A program made the translations under genes and the position numbers. A stretch of 64,000 nt of DNA from Raillietiella orientalis (lineage: Eukaryota): positions 62,001 to 126,000 of the forward strand of contig JAYWIR010000035.1 in the NCBI GenBank assembly GCA_036172245.1, written 5' to 3'. Below are positions 1 through 11,911 of the stretch, one piece after another. Positions within the stretch are counted from its first letter, which is position 1. Every line of letters begins with the position of its first letter. A model generated the notes under the pieces. It saw only the letters and a list, made by a program, of their open reading frames with translations, did not search any database and was not told the DNA's origin.

Positions 1-408
1 GCGAATGGAAAAGTTTACGAAATTCAATTGTTTTGCACAACATACGTGTTTTAAGATATATGTTTGTTTGTTTGTTTTCATTTGTAGGTGGCTATATGAT
101 AATGTGTGCGTGGCTTTTTCTTTTCTTTTCTGTCAAGTGGTGGAACTTATAGGTAGCACTGACTTGGAAGAACTCAAAGATGATGCTTGCTTTAATGTTT
201 TTAGAATTTTGAATCCGTAATGTAAATGTAGTTTTTGGCCATCAAAGTCAGTGAGCTTTTGGCTGCTTTTATTAGAAATACACAACAACGGATCATCATG
301 AAGTTTTCACGCATTCGTAATGTGTGTTTAGTGCTTATCAGTTTGAGTTCCTTTGAATAGTGAAAGTTTTGTGTGGAAAAACTTACGTGCATTTATAAGC
401 AGTTGCAT

Positions 409-2952
409 ATGGCTGATCTAATTGGTCATAATAATGCAACCAGACAAGAGAAGTCATTAGGATTATTGACGACAAAATTTGTAAACTTGCTACAACAAGC
501 TGAGGATGGCATTTTAGATCTCAAAGATGTAAGTAAATGTTTCTAATGCATCAAAGTGCAAGTGCACTATGATAATTTTCAGTTGTGTTAGAACCGCGAT
601 TAATCTTTTTCCTAATAAAGATCAACTAAAATATACCGAGATTTTAGTACAGTACATTTGAAAACTTGCCGACGTAAATACTTTACAGGCTGCTGACAAG
701 TTGGCAGTGAGGCAGAAAAGAAGAATATACGATATTACAAACGTCCTTGAAGGAATAGGATTAATTGAGAAGAGAACAAAAAATAGTATTCAGTGGAAAG
801 GAGGGAATCCCGGTTCAAACAATCAGAAGTATTCAGAAAGAGTATTTCATTTAAAAAAAGATATTAGTGAATTAGAATCTAAAGAAATGGAACTTGAAAT
901 ATATCATAAGGTTTTATTCAATTTTTCAAGCGACAATAGCAAAATGGCTTACTTACTATCTAGTGGATGCAACAATCATATCGCAACACCATTGAGGATT
1001 CCAGTAATGTGCCTCATGCATATATGCGCTATGAAGCTTTGAGTGAGTGTTATCCTCAACGGACCTTGTTGGCAGTGCGTGCAGCAGAAGGAACTCAAAT
1101 GGAGGTTCCTTATAATAGCAAGGCAAGACTAGATTGCTGCTAAACTTAGTATTCAGTGTAGGATAAAGTTGAGAAGTTTCAGTTACATATAAAGAGTACT
1201 CATCATCCCATTTATGTGCTGTGTATAAATCATGACAATGAAGAATCTTCTCCAGTTGTTTTACCTGTACCTCCTCCAGATGAATTACTGAATAATTTTT
1301 CTTCAGTAAGTATCTTATTGCACCTTAACTTATAAGTTACATAATAAGGCAAAATGAAGAAAAGATTTAACATAAAACAGAGTATGAGTTTCTACATAAT
1401 TTTTCATGGCCTTTCGGAATTTTAGTTTTTCTCTTTTTCCCTCCCCTCATTTTCTCTCTGTTCTATGTAGCTTTTACGAGAAGGCTAGTTTCGTAAAATA
1501 ATTGTTATTCCATTAATGATAATTAGATCATATTTCATAGGCAAACTGTTTGCACTTTTCATTTTGATATCTCTTTTCGAGGGTGTCAGCCTTTATGTTT
1601 CAAGATTTGAAGGATAATTGGAACACATCAGTTTTGTGTCAAAAAATGTTCATTTTTATCCCTGTATATATATTTTTTCTTTGTATTTTTGCATGGTGTA
1701 CAGAGAGAAATATAGTGCTTCAGGAAATGCATTTAAGAACATAAAAAATTCTAGAATCACCTGATCTCATACTCTCCACTGGAGAGTATCAGATCAGCAT
1801 GCTTACATTTGATCAAATAATTGCAAAAAACTCAAAAGTTCTCTTAAACTTCATTTGCATTGGACATACAGTTTGAAATTTCTAAAAATCAAAGTCCACT
1901 TCCTCATTGTGTTGCAATTATGGTGATTTCGTATTTCTTGCAAAAGAGATTGTGATTGTAGGATCACAATGATTTTAATAAGTTTTGAGGTATTTTGTGA
2001 CAGACACTTTATTTTGTGAACATTGTTTTATGTGCAGCTTTTTTTTTTTGGTGCATGCCAATGAAAATAGAAAGAATGCTGAGATATTGAACTTAAAGTT
2101 ATTCTTTTGTAATTTTATATTTATAGGAGTTGAATATTGAAACATTGAAACTGTTATTCAATCTGTTGTTCAGTGTGGTTAGGAAAAAAGCAAGTTTTCA
2201 AAAACGCTATAAGCATCCACAAAGACAAAATGTTTAAAAACAATACATTTTACTAAGTGTGTATCAGAATATTTTATTCAGTAGTTATATTGTTTTTAGC
2301 AAATTATAAAAAAAAATTTTTGCCAATGGGAATGAAACACCCTGTTTTACTTATGTACAAAGATCTAGGTTGTGCTTGGGAATTTACTCCAATTAACTCA
2401 AGTTTACAAAACCATGCTTTTGGATTTTAATTTCCCTTTTAAAAAAAAAAAATGCATCTATCACGTTAGTAGCATGACATTACACATAGCCAAATTAGAA
2501 AATCGATATTAGTACTTTGATAAGAGCAAAAACAAACCAAATAAATGTCTAAAGTGGAAAAGCCCCAAAATAACATGTCTAAGAAAGGCACATTACATTG
2601 CTCTCTGAATACCAGTTCAGTTGATTGTATTTTTATCACAGTTACTGTTTGCAATCATGATTATTTGGTGTAGGAGCATCAAGATGCATCCCAAATTCAT
2701 ATTAATGATCCTGTGGTTCATCAAAATGACGAGTCCACCCCATGCCAAGATGCAACCAAGAATCATGATGGCTGTGAGCTTGTTAAGAATGAGCGTGAGT
2801 ATAGCTGCAGGAGATTCAGCATCCACATATTTATAGCTCAAGAACCCCTGTTGCGACTTAGTCCTCCTCCTACAGATCGAGACTACTATTTCAATCTGGA
2901 TCTCACAGAAGGGATCTGTGATCTATTTGATATCCCCCTATTTTCAATATAG
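409..2952 (+). CDS. E2F4/5-like: E2F4/E2F5-type transcription factor (about 293-307 aa)
   Basis: Exons 409-528, 689-910, 964-1122, 1162-1305, 2674-2952 (possible extra 42-nt intron 2795-2836). DNA-binding domain [17 protein letters not shown]...[34 protein letters not shown]-terminal pocket-protein-binding motif [27 protein letters not shown] typical of E2F4/5. Intron phases are consistent. Confidence 0.93.
1761..1797. repeat. Near-perfect 18-bp-arm hairpin in an E2F intron
   Basis: ctgatctcatactctcca-c-tggagagtatcagatcag, one mismatch. Confidence 0.85.
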
Positions 2953-2956
2953 CATT

Positions 2957-5900
2957 TTATAAAGGATTGGGGCTGGGGCTAGGTGGGTTAGAGCTCCCTG
3001 AGCTAAGATTTCCATCCTTAATTCGGAATTTTTCTTTATCAAGGGACAGCAGCTTATGGGGACGCTCATGCTTGTGTTTATGCTTATGTTTATGCTTCTT
3101 CTTATCTTTCTTGTGTTTTTTATTCTGAAAGCAAATTTCATCAAAACTAACATCATTAAAGTACTTACTTTGCTTGCCCGACTTTCCATCTCAGGAAGGT
3201 GTAAGGCAGTTGCTAAGAGGCCTGAGAATCCTGTAGGACTACTAATAGTTAAATCTGAAAAGGGTTGAGAATTTTCTGATGGAATATCAGTTCGAGGTGC
3301 ACTGCTTTCAGAATGGGTATCTGAGGACTAAACATCCTTACAGTTCTGTTTTCTTTTTCTCACGAATCTATTCTAACCTTTGGCTTTATATGTTCACCAG
3401 GTGTTGTTTCAAATAGGGTTGACAAGCTAGCTGCATTTGGCTGCACATCTGCTTTTTTAGGACTAGCTGGGGTAATGCATTTACCATTTGATTTTTGAAA
3501 GTAACTATCCTTGGTACCAAAGAACACATAATAAACATCAACCAGGTCACAGCGAAGGCGAGAGTCATAATACATGTGGCTAAAGAGGAAAGTGCATTAG
3601 CTTAACAACTTTTTAGACATTCTTGTACTTAAAAAGTTTCCATATTTTTTTTTGCATCATATGTTTCTGGAATTGTTGTTCTGTGGAAGAACTAGTGAAA
3701 GGAGGATTTTTGATAAGCATTTGACAAATAGCATGAGGCACATAAGGATCAGGATCATCTTCAATAATAGAAAATAACTGTAAAAGCTGTGCATCTGTAC
3801 CATCCACTTTTATGTAATCTACTAAAGCTTCAAGTGCAGTCAGGCGTACATCTGCAAATGATCAATTGTTGAGAATAAAAACCTAATCTTACCTATGAAT
3901 TGGCCATATACAGCATAACTGTAGAAAATGTCAGCATTGCTTGGTAAATGCCCAAATTTTTGTAGTGCTCGAATTGCACGGAGACATGAACATGTAACCA
4001 CATACCGATAGCATGGCAGTAATTTTTCTAGATTGATATGACGAGTAACTTCTTCCAGCAATAACTTTGTATCCGATGACATTCCATGCACAGTAGTAGT
4101 GGCCATATTGACTTGAGTGAGAGCAGGTGTGATGGTATCAACAAGTGCATCAAGAAGGGCACCACGGTAGTAATTATCGGAGAACCGGTTTTTGGAATTG
4201 TCATTATATTTGAAGAGATCCAAAAGAAATCGGAACACTTCTTGGGGACAAGTGCCATAGGTGGTGCGCAACTTAGCCATAGCCATAGGAATGGTCTAAC
4301 AACATCAATAGAATACTTAGCACAAGGAAATACCTTTTGTAAAAAGTAGTATTGAAGATTCTCAAAGTCATTTTGGTGAACTATATTAGGAAATGATTTG
4401 GAACCAAACATCTTTTTAAAAATGGTCATCATGGCTGGAGGCCCAGCCCATGTTGCAGCCATTTTATTAGCCACTTCTGCAAGACAGTAAGTGGCTAAAC
4501 AACGAATTTTATAGAAGCACTGATCATTTTCAATGGTATCAGTCAGTGCCAGCCTTGTGGAGGGAGTAGGATACTGTGCCAGAGCATCAATGGCTTCTTG
4601 CTGAGCAGTCACATCCCTCTCATATCTTAATTGATATTGCCATTGATAATCAGGTTGGAGAATTTCCACTTCCCGGATAAGCTGCATGTCTGGATCAAGA
4701 CGAATCCACAGAACTGGGGAATCTGCATCCATTGCACTGAGATCCATGTCAACTTCCTCTCCAGTACACAATGGAATTTTCTTTTTCTTATTGCGCCGGG
4801 ACTTTGAATGACATGTGATATCTGCCTTGGAGTGGGTACCCTCTATCTGCAGCATATGCTTGAAAGTGCCATCTAGCTCCTGTATAGTAATCATAATAGG
4901 TCCTAAGTATTTGCGCACACCACAGGGTGGCACAAGATCCTGTTTAATATCCAATTCTACAGTGTTCCTAAGAGTCTGAATAGAGACAGAAAAGAAGTAT
5001 TTGATATCATACCTTTTTCTATTAAATACAAAGCTGATGTTGAATTTAGCATGTCCTCCCTGGCGTACCATTTGTTCTATGAATGTGCCAATATCTTTTC
5101 CTGTAACTGTGTAGATAGCACGCATGAAGGTGCTTGTGCTCAGTACCATGTGTTGTCCCATACGAGCACTAAATTTAGCCATTGGAGTGCATGCATTAAG
5201 GGCCAAAGATAGCTGTTTGTTGAACACTTGCAGCAGCAATTGCTGTCCTATTCTGTCTTCTAACATTCGAATAATAAGATGCGATTTTTTGCCCAACATT
5301 TTGAGATATGTGGGTGAACAGGTATGGGAATTCTTTGCAGAAAAATAAAAATCTGCATTGGCATCCACTTCAGGACTTCTTTCCTTGTTACAAGAAGCAG
5401 TAGGTGGACTACTCATATCTAGGATGATACCACCATGTTGCTTCTCATATCGAATAACTTCCTTGAGTTCCTGAAAACACAAATTTATTGCCAAGCCTTT
5501 ATGTTCTGTACTACCTACTGAATGTATCCAACTACGGTATTCATTATTTCCAAAATATTTCTTAGTATAAAGACCTGCTAAATAGGTAGATATTCCCAAT
5601 GTAAGCCATGCATCAGCCCAGCTATGCATGGAAATAAAGCAACCAAAGAATTGTTGGGCAATACATTGAGCCATAGCTTTTCTAGTTAGATAGGTCTGGT
5701 CAATAATAGCTGATGAATGGAGCAAATTAGTGCTCATGATACTCATAGTAGCATATGGCATAATCTCATCATAGCACTCATGAACAAATACTTGTTTGTA
5801 GCAAGAATAGGGATAACGGCTAGACAACAACTCTTCATAGAACTCAAAAGTTTCATGTAAATAATGAGCAATGTATCGTAGGAGAGGGAGGAGATGGGGC

Positions 5901-7135
5901 AAACAAAAATGAGTGACCTCATGCATATGTGGATCTACATATACTTCAAAAGGACTGAAAGTCTGTTTTGATGAATGTAATGGAAAGTAAAACTCACCCT
6001 ACAGCTAAAGCAATATTAGGGGCACTGGTGGGAATGTTCAAAGTATAATAATATGTCTTTCGCTTCATGTCACTCGTGTACACAGCTTCTGTTAGTTCAC
6101 CACATGATACAGCTACCATATTCTCATCCACTGTGAATTCAAGTTTCCATGTGCATGGTTCTTGATAAGTATCAATGCAAGGAAACCAGAGTCTTGTGCT
6201 ATTGTGATGCCCATAAGTAAATAGATGCACACCACTCTAAATACAGAAACAAAACAACCATATGAAATTTGATACCAAATAAATGATGTTCCTTCACATT
6301 GATTCATATTGCTGTAAAGCTGAAACATAAGTTATGTAGAACAGTTATGTGTGTTATGGAAACAATAAGAATTCTGCATGAAAGTTTTGCTTTGCAAACA
6401 CTGATTAACCTACCACATACCTCAGCTAGTACATTATCAATTTTAGGAACCACAAAATGAATGCCTCCTTTTGGGTTTTCCAATGAAAACTCTATACCGA
6501 CACGTAGAATATTCTCTTCTGAAACAATTCCACTATCCAGTAGTTCACATGGAAGTTCAACAATCACTTCACTATTTCCAAGTTCAGGATCTACTAAGGA
6601 TACAGCCAAAAAATGGGCAGAACTGAAGTGCTCGATGCTCATGCTACAATTCATTCAAATGAAAAATGATTGCAATCAAATGAAATGATCTTACTCATCT
6701 AAATTATCTTGGCATATCTGCAAAGTTGGATCAAAATATTGAAATGGTGCATCATATTCTTCATTAATGGTTATTTTATAAATTTTGCACTGTTTGCAGT
6801 TTATATTGATTTTTTTAAATGGCTTAATAACCAATAACCACAGTTCCGTATAGCCCTAATTGCAAATTGCTATTTAAAAGTCAAGCTTATTAAAGACTTA
6901 CAAGGATGCTTTTACTCTGGAAACTTATTCCTGTCAAACTCAGGATCTGATGAACCCTAAGGCATAACCAAGTATTTCAAATATATTCATATGAGAAAGG
7001 AAAGATTAGCAAAAAAATGAATATTGTAAAAATCATTCTTCAAACACTTGCAAAACTACAAAAAAGAGGGTAAAAAAACACTTACAATTTATAAGATTTC
7101 GTGGATTCTGAATCCGTATCGGCTTTTTTTAGCAT
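2957..7135 (-). CDS. TAF2: Transcription initiation factor TFIID subunit 2 (about 1136 aa, 13 exons)
   Basis: Exons 7135-7086, 6956-6902, 6855-6695, 6643-6421, 6236-5998, 5954-5519, 5470-5013, 4967-4334, 4295-3893, 3851-3629, 3579-3378, 3327-3169, 3124-2957 sum to 3411 nt in frame. TAF2 motifs TRLWFPCID...[64 protein letters not shown], and a C-terminal KHKHKHKH tract. Confidence 0.96.
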
Positions 7136-10100
7136 TTTTGGTTACAGATACTTCAAGTACGGTGAAAGGATTTCCAAAGGTAACTTTTAACACTATCTGA
7201 TATTATCGATAATTTTACATCAAATCGGAAGTATCTTACCTGCCATAATAATGCTACATTACAAGATGTGCTTTCAACTTAATAAAATAGAAATCTTGTG
7301 ATTACGTTGCAAATATTTTTCACTTACAAAAATACTTTTTGCGAACTAATCAATGTTCTTCACATCAGTAAAACTGTTGTTCATATTCGAGGGAGTGGGA
7401 GGAACAGATAAATTTCCGTTAATTATGCTTCTAATTTAGAAATAATACACTTTTCGGACCATACAAACACTAAGCATTGCAACAAAATATTAAACACTCA
7501 ACTATTAATGTACCCACAGATGATTGATGATTGGGCCTTTAAACAGAAACGAGGGTATTTTGTCACTGGGTTTTCCATTTATTTACATAATTATGCAAGA
7601 TGGAATTGACAATTGTTTTGATGTTAGATAAGGCTGGTATCACTACACCTTATATTAAACAAATAACGTAAGTAGCATCAGATTACGATGGAAAAAAGTA
7701 TTTGGGGTTTTAAAAAAACTGGAAAGTCTCTATAAATTCTCAATAGAGCCTGTATTTTTCTTTGTGTAAAACAGATGTTTCATTATTTGTGCAGCAGAAG
7801 AATTTGTGAAAACAGCTGGTAAGAAAAACCAAATAATTCGAATATTATAATATTCGGCTTCACATTTCTTCAGAATAAACGTATCCATACCCAACACTGG
7901 CGACGCGCAAGTTGATTGTACAGGATTACCAGGGTATCAACAAAGAAAACAGCGAAAATGATGATATAGATCAAAAGAGCTTCCACAGAGAGGTTTCAAT
8001 ATAGTTCTAAGGTCTATCGAGTGTATAAAACTGACTCACTATGTATTCACAAAATCACTCAAGGCAATGACAGCTTTTTCTGTTTCATCCTCATGCATTA
8101 TTTTTCTAACTGAAGTTTTACTTTCATTACATTCATTTTCCCTTATTCGATTAGTTTCATATCATAAATATACAAGTCTAAATTTAAAGCACTTCGTAAA
8201 TATATTCCTGAGCACTTCAGTAAGCTCGTGTTATACTTCCTGAGCCCATATTTTAAAAAGAACTGCCACTATGTAACAGAAACAAAGCCAAATGTGGCAA
8301 AGTATAAAGGAATTATTCAGTGGGTAGTATCAGTATATAGTTATTTGTTCTAACGAAAGCATACACTCTTGCAAACAACACTTTGTTCACATAATTAAAT
8401 ACAAAATATCTCATGCAGTTTTCTATCAACCAAAGAGTTTGCGAGTTACATAACGATAGAACTTTGATAGTTGAATTTGGCCATCTAATAGTTTCAGATT
8501 ATTATTTCAATTGATTCAAACGTTAAAGATATAGTTAATGTGTGAAAAAAATGTAGAATCACAATTTATTATGGAATTGATTAAAGTTTTGTGCAAGGTT
8601 AATGGATAAGATGTATACCAAACTGCGTAGCTGTGCCTCTATATGTATGAGCGCAATCATAGAGGTCCTTCAGCACACAACGAAGAACGTTCGTAGCATG
8701 TGATTGACTAATAGTAACTAATAATAGAAGCTTTCGGGAATTGCTTTAGAAGATGTAATGAGAAATCCGTAAACTCTGCAATCTAGTCTTCTGGCATCCT
8801 ACTGCAACTGCCCGAAGATTCCTAGGACTGTTCTTAGGAAGCAATGCTAAAAATTAGAATTCTTTGATTTTAAAGCGTGAAGATTTACGATTTTTCATCG
8901 TATCTTCAAAAAGCAGCTTTAAAAAGCTCTTTTTCTTTACCATTAATTAAAGTCTAATGATTTCATTTCTGGAATGCCACAGCTCCAGTATTCAGCCATC
9001 CATTCACAGATTCCAGCCCAATGTAGCTTTGAAAAATGAAAACGTTTCTACGCAAGCTAATTCAGAAAAAAACGCATATACGAGATACACTTTCTGTAGA
9101 GTATACTGGTTATCGAGTCCAAAGGTTCTGTATTCTTGATTTTGGTTACTTCTGTGATATAGTTTTTCTAGCTAATTAAAAGTCTGTTAACGAAACAGCG
9201 CTATTAATTAGCAACTTGTCTCTCTAGCTTTTATCAATTCTAATTTTGATTTTCTTCTTAAATTCAATGCTTCAGTTTTTTAAAAAGTATTTCATTGCTC
9301 TGAAGATTATTCCTAAAAACCAAGTTTTTCATCACAAGATGTTTGTTCAGGATATCAGCTTTCTTATTTATTTTTTTAACATTCACCTTTAGTTTCAGCA
9401 ATTAATACCATGTACATTTCAGTGAACGTTTTCAGTATTCAACTCTCAAACTTCCGCCAGAAAAATCATAAATTTTTTGTGGTAATGTCAAACTATGGCA
9501 TCATAAGGTTACAAATAAGCATTTTGCTCCATTAACTACACATCCATTTAGGCTTCATTTCATGACTGATTGCTCATATAGAATGCCCATTCTGTTTCTA
9601 ATGCAGCATTGAAAGCATTTATACTAGTGGTCATTACGATCATTGTGCATTGTAAATTTAAGTAATCAGCAATTGCAAGTTGCAGATTTAAAGGCTCCGA
9701 GAAGTAAACCATCAGTATCTAAGGTTTGAATTCGTTATCCGAAAAAACTGTTCAAGTTTTGCAATCGAAGCTTTCGATTCAGTAGCCACGAAATGTCTGA
9801 TTATGATTTGTGGCATATTCGATTAAACACTCTTTCTCAAGCCGATCACTCCACAAAACTGGTATTAAATCCAGACAGAAAGTCTTCCTGTTATTGGTTT
9901 CACAAAAAATTTACTGGAATACTTGTAAATTTTCAAACTTTGATTTTCTTTTTTCTCATTCTAGTAAATGCAGACTTGCCTGTCGGGCAATAACTCCAAT
10001 TTTTCTTCATTTCGTTTAGTTGACCCTAATCGGAAGATTCTAAAACGTTGCGGGCAACCTAATAATTGTGTTCATTAATTTAGACCTAACTTGTCAACCG

Positions 10101-10411
10101 ATTAGTTTTCATTCGCTGAAACATTTTCTCGGTAGTTTACTGGATGTGACCTCATACTTTTCCGAATACTTTGCATGGTTAGATCAAAAACAAGGTTGCT
10201 AGCTAGCGTACTATCAAACTGCATATCATTCAATATGCAGTATTGGGGAGAATACACATTCCCGTTATTTTCATGTGTTCCTAACCATTGAGTTCGATGT
10301 ATTGCGAAGGTTCAGAAAAAGTAACAGCTTCATGAAATGATGCATTTCATGTTTCAAAAATTAGAACATCTGTTTCTGAAGTTATGTAAAAAATAAAATC
10401 ATTCATGTGTG

Positions 10412-11911
10412 CTATAAACTAGTGCGCTTTGTAATCTGCTGCAAATCATCAAGAAGATCTAAGGATTTCCTCGCAGCATCATCTAAGGATCTTTTTGCAG
10501 ATGATGTCAATTCATCCAATGATTTACAAGACTGCATCAAACTATCGGCAGCACAACTGGTAAGTTCCTGGACTTCTGTGTTGATGCATCCTATAGCCCA
10601 TTCTATGGCCTGTCGTCCCTAAAACACCAGTATTAATCTTCAAATTTAAAAACCGCTTACTTTGTTAGCATTCCCTGAGATAGTTGACGTCAACCAATTC
10701 TCCAGGTAACTACTAAGTGGAGTACCCTTGACAGTTACTATTGCCTCCTGTCTTAGTAAGGTAGTTTCCTGTGGATTATCAGGATGGGGCATGTAAGCCA
10801 GTTTCTCTTCCACTGCTACATTGCTAGTAAGTGAAAGCTGACATGAAAGCAATGGTAAGGAAGTTCCCTATGAGCACACATACATTCCAGGATCTCAACA
10901 ACATGGTCTTATTGGAAGCATCAATTTCTGAATACTCCTTACACAGCATCAGTCGATTACCTCCTGGCAAAAGCTGAAGGAACTTACTTCAGCATCTGTT
11001 TCCAGAAAGTATACCTACCCTTTGAACCCACATGGGGACTCCAAAAGCAGTACCAAACATTCTGTGTGTCTGCAGTACACCATTTTCAACTTTCTGATCC
11101 AAAACATCAATGCTAACCACATTTGGATTCATAGGATTGGGATACTTCCTCCAAGCAGCTTGCATAATTGTTTCCCAAGGATGACTAACATAATTATTAG
11201 AGAATGAAATCAAAAAAGACTTAGCACTCTCATAATTTGAATCTAAATTCTAGTCACATTAAGGACATTCAAATTCAACAGATCAGAAATGTGACCCACA
11301 ATTGCAAGCTAATTTTAAGCAAATATTACATTCATAAGATTTTCTGCTATTTTCCATTCTTAAACCAAAAACACAAAAATACTAAAGCAATAATTATATG
11401 AGAAACAAAAGCACACCTATTAACAAAATTTGAATTACTACTTGAACAATCACATGTGAAAAATTAATTTAAACTTTCAAAATACAATAATCTTGCAATA
11501 ACAAGAATACAACCGAATAGATTAAAACAGACTAAAATCAGATTTCATGTTCAAAGATTCTCGTCCTTATTTGGATGTCACTTAAACCAATACCTAAATA
11601 AAAGACACCGCTACACGTACAACTAAACTTAATTAGCATAAACTAATATACACAAAAACTACTTAGAAAAACTTAATTTTTTTTTTTTTAATAATAGGAA
11701 ATCCTCCTTAATTAGGAAACACCTTTGAAGTTTGTCTAATTACTGGCATAACAATGACAAGTATTACAATCAAGAAAATACTGTTTCATTATTCACATAC
11801 ACCGAATACGCGTAAACAAATACTTTCATCATATTTACAAATTACTAATGGACACAGAGACATGCTCCAAGATACTCACTTAAATACATGTTCGGACGTC
11901 CAAATTTTCAT
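10412..11911 (-). CDS. PRELID3/slmo: PRELI-domain protein 3 / slowmo homolog, mitochondrial lipid transfer (about 223 aa)
   Basis: Exons 11911-11880, 11184-11019, 10973-10884, 10837-10661, 10618-10412. N-terminus [33 protein letters not shown]; later [20 protein letters not shown] and GRQAIEW, diagnostic of the slowmo/PRELID3 family. Confidence 0.95.

Noticed and set aside
1..400. Short ORFs upstream of E2F
   Set aside because: No recognisable protein; probably promoter/UTR, or a divergent gene truncated by the window edge.
2944..3189. ORF suggesting TAF2 overlaps the E2F coding end
   Set aside because: It reads through the 44-nt intron 3168-3125 into the wrong frame; the spliced frame gives the KHKHKH tail and stops at 2957.
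4028..5926. 632-aa single-exon ORF
   Set aside because: It includes two in-frame introns and runs out of frame after intron 4333-4296; it is part of TAF2.
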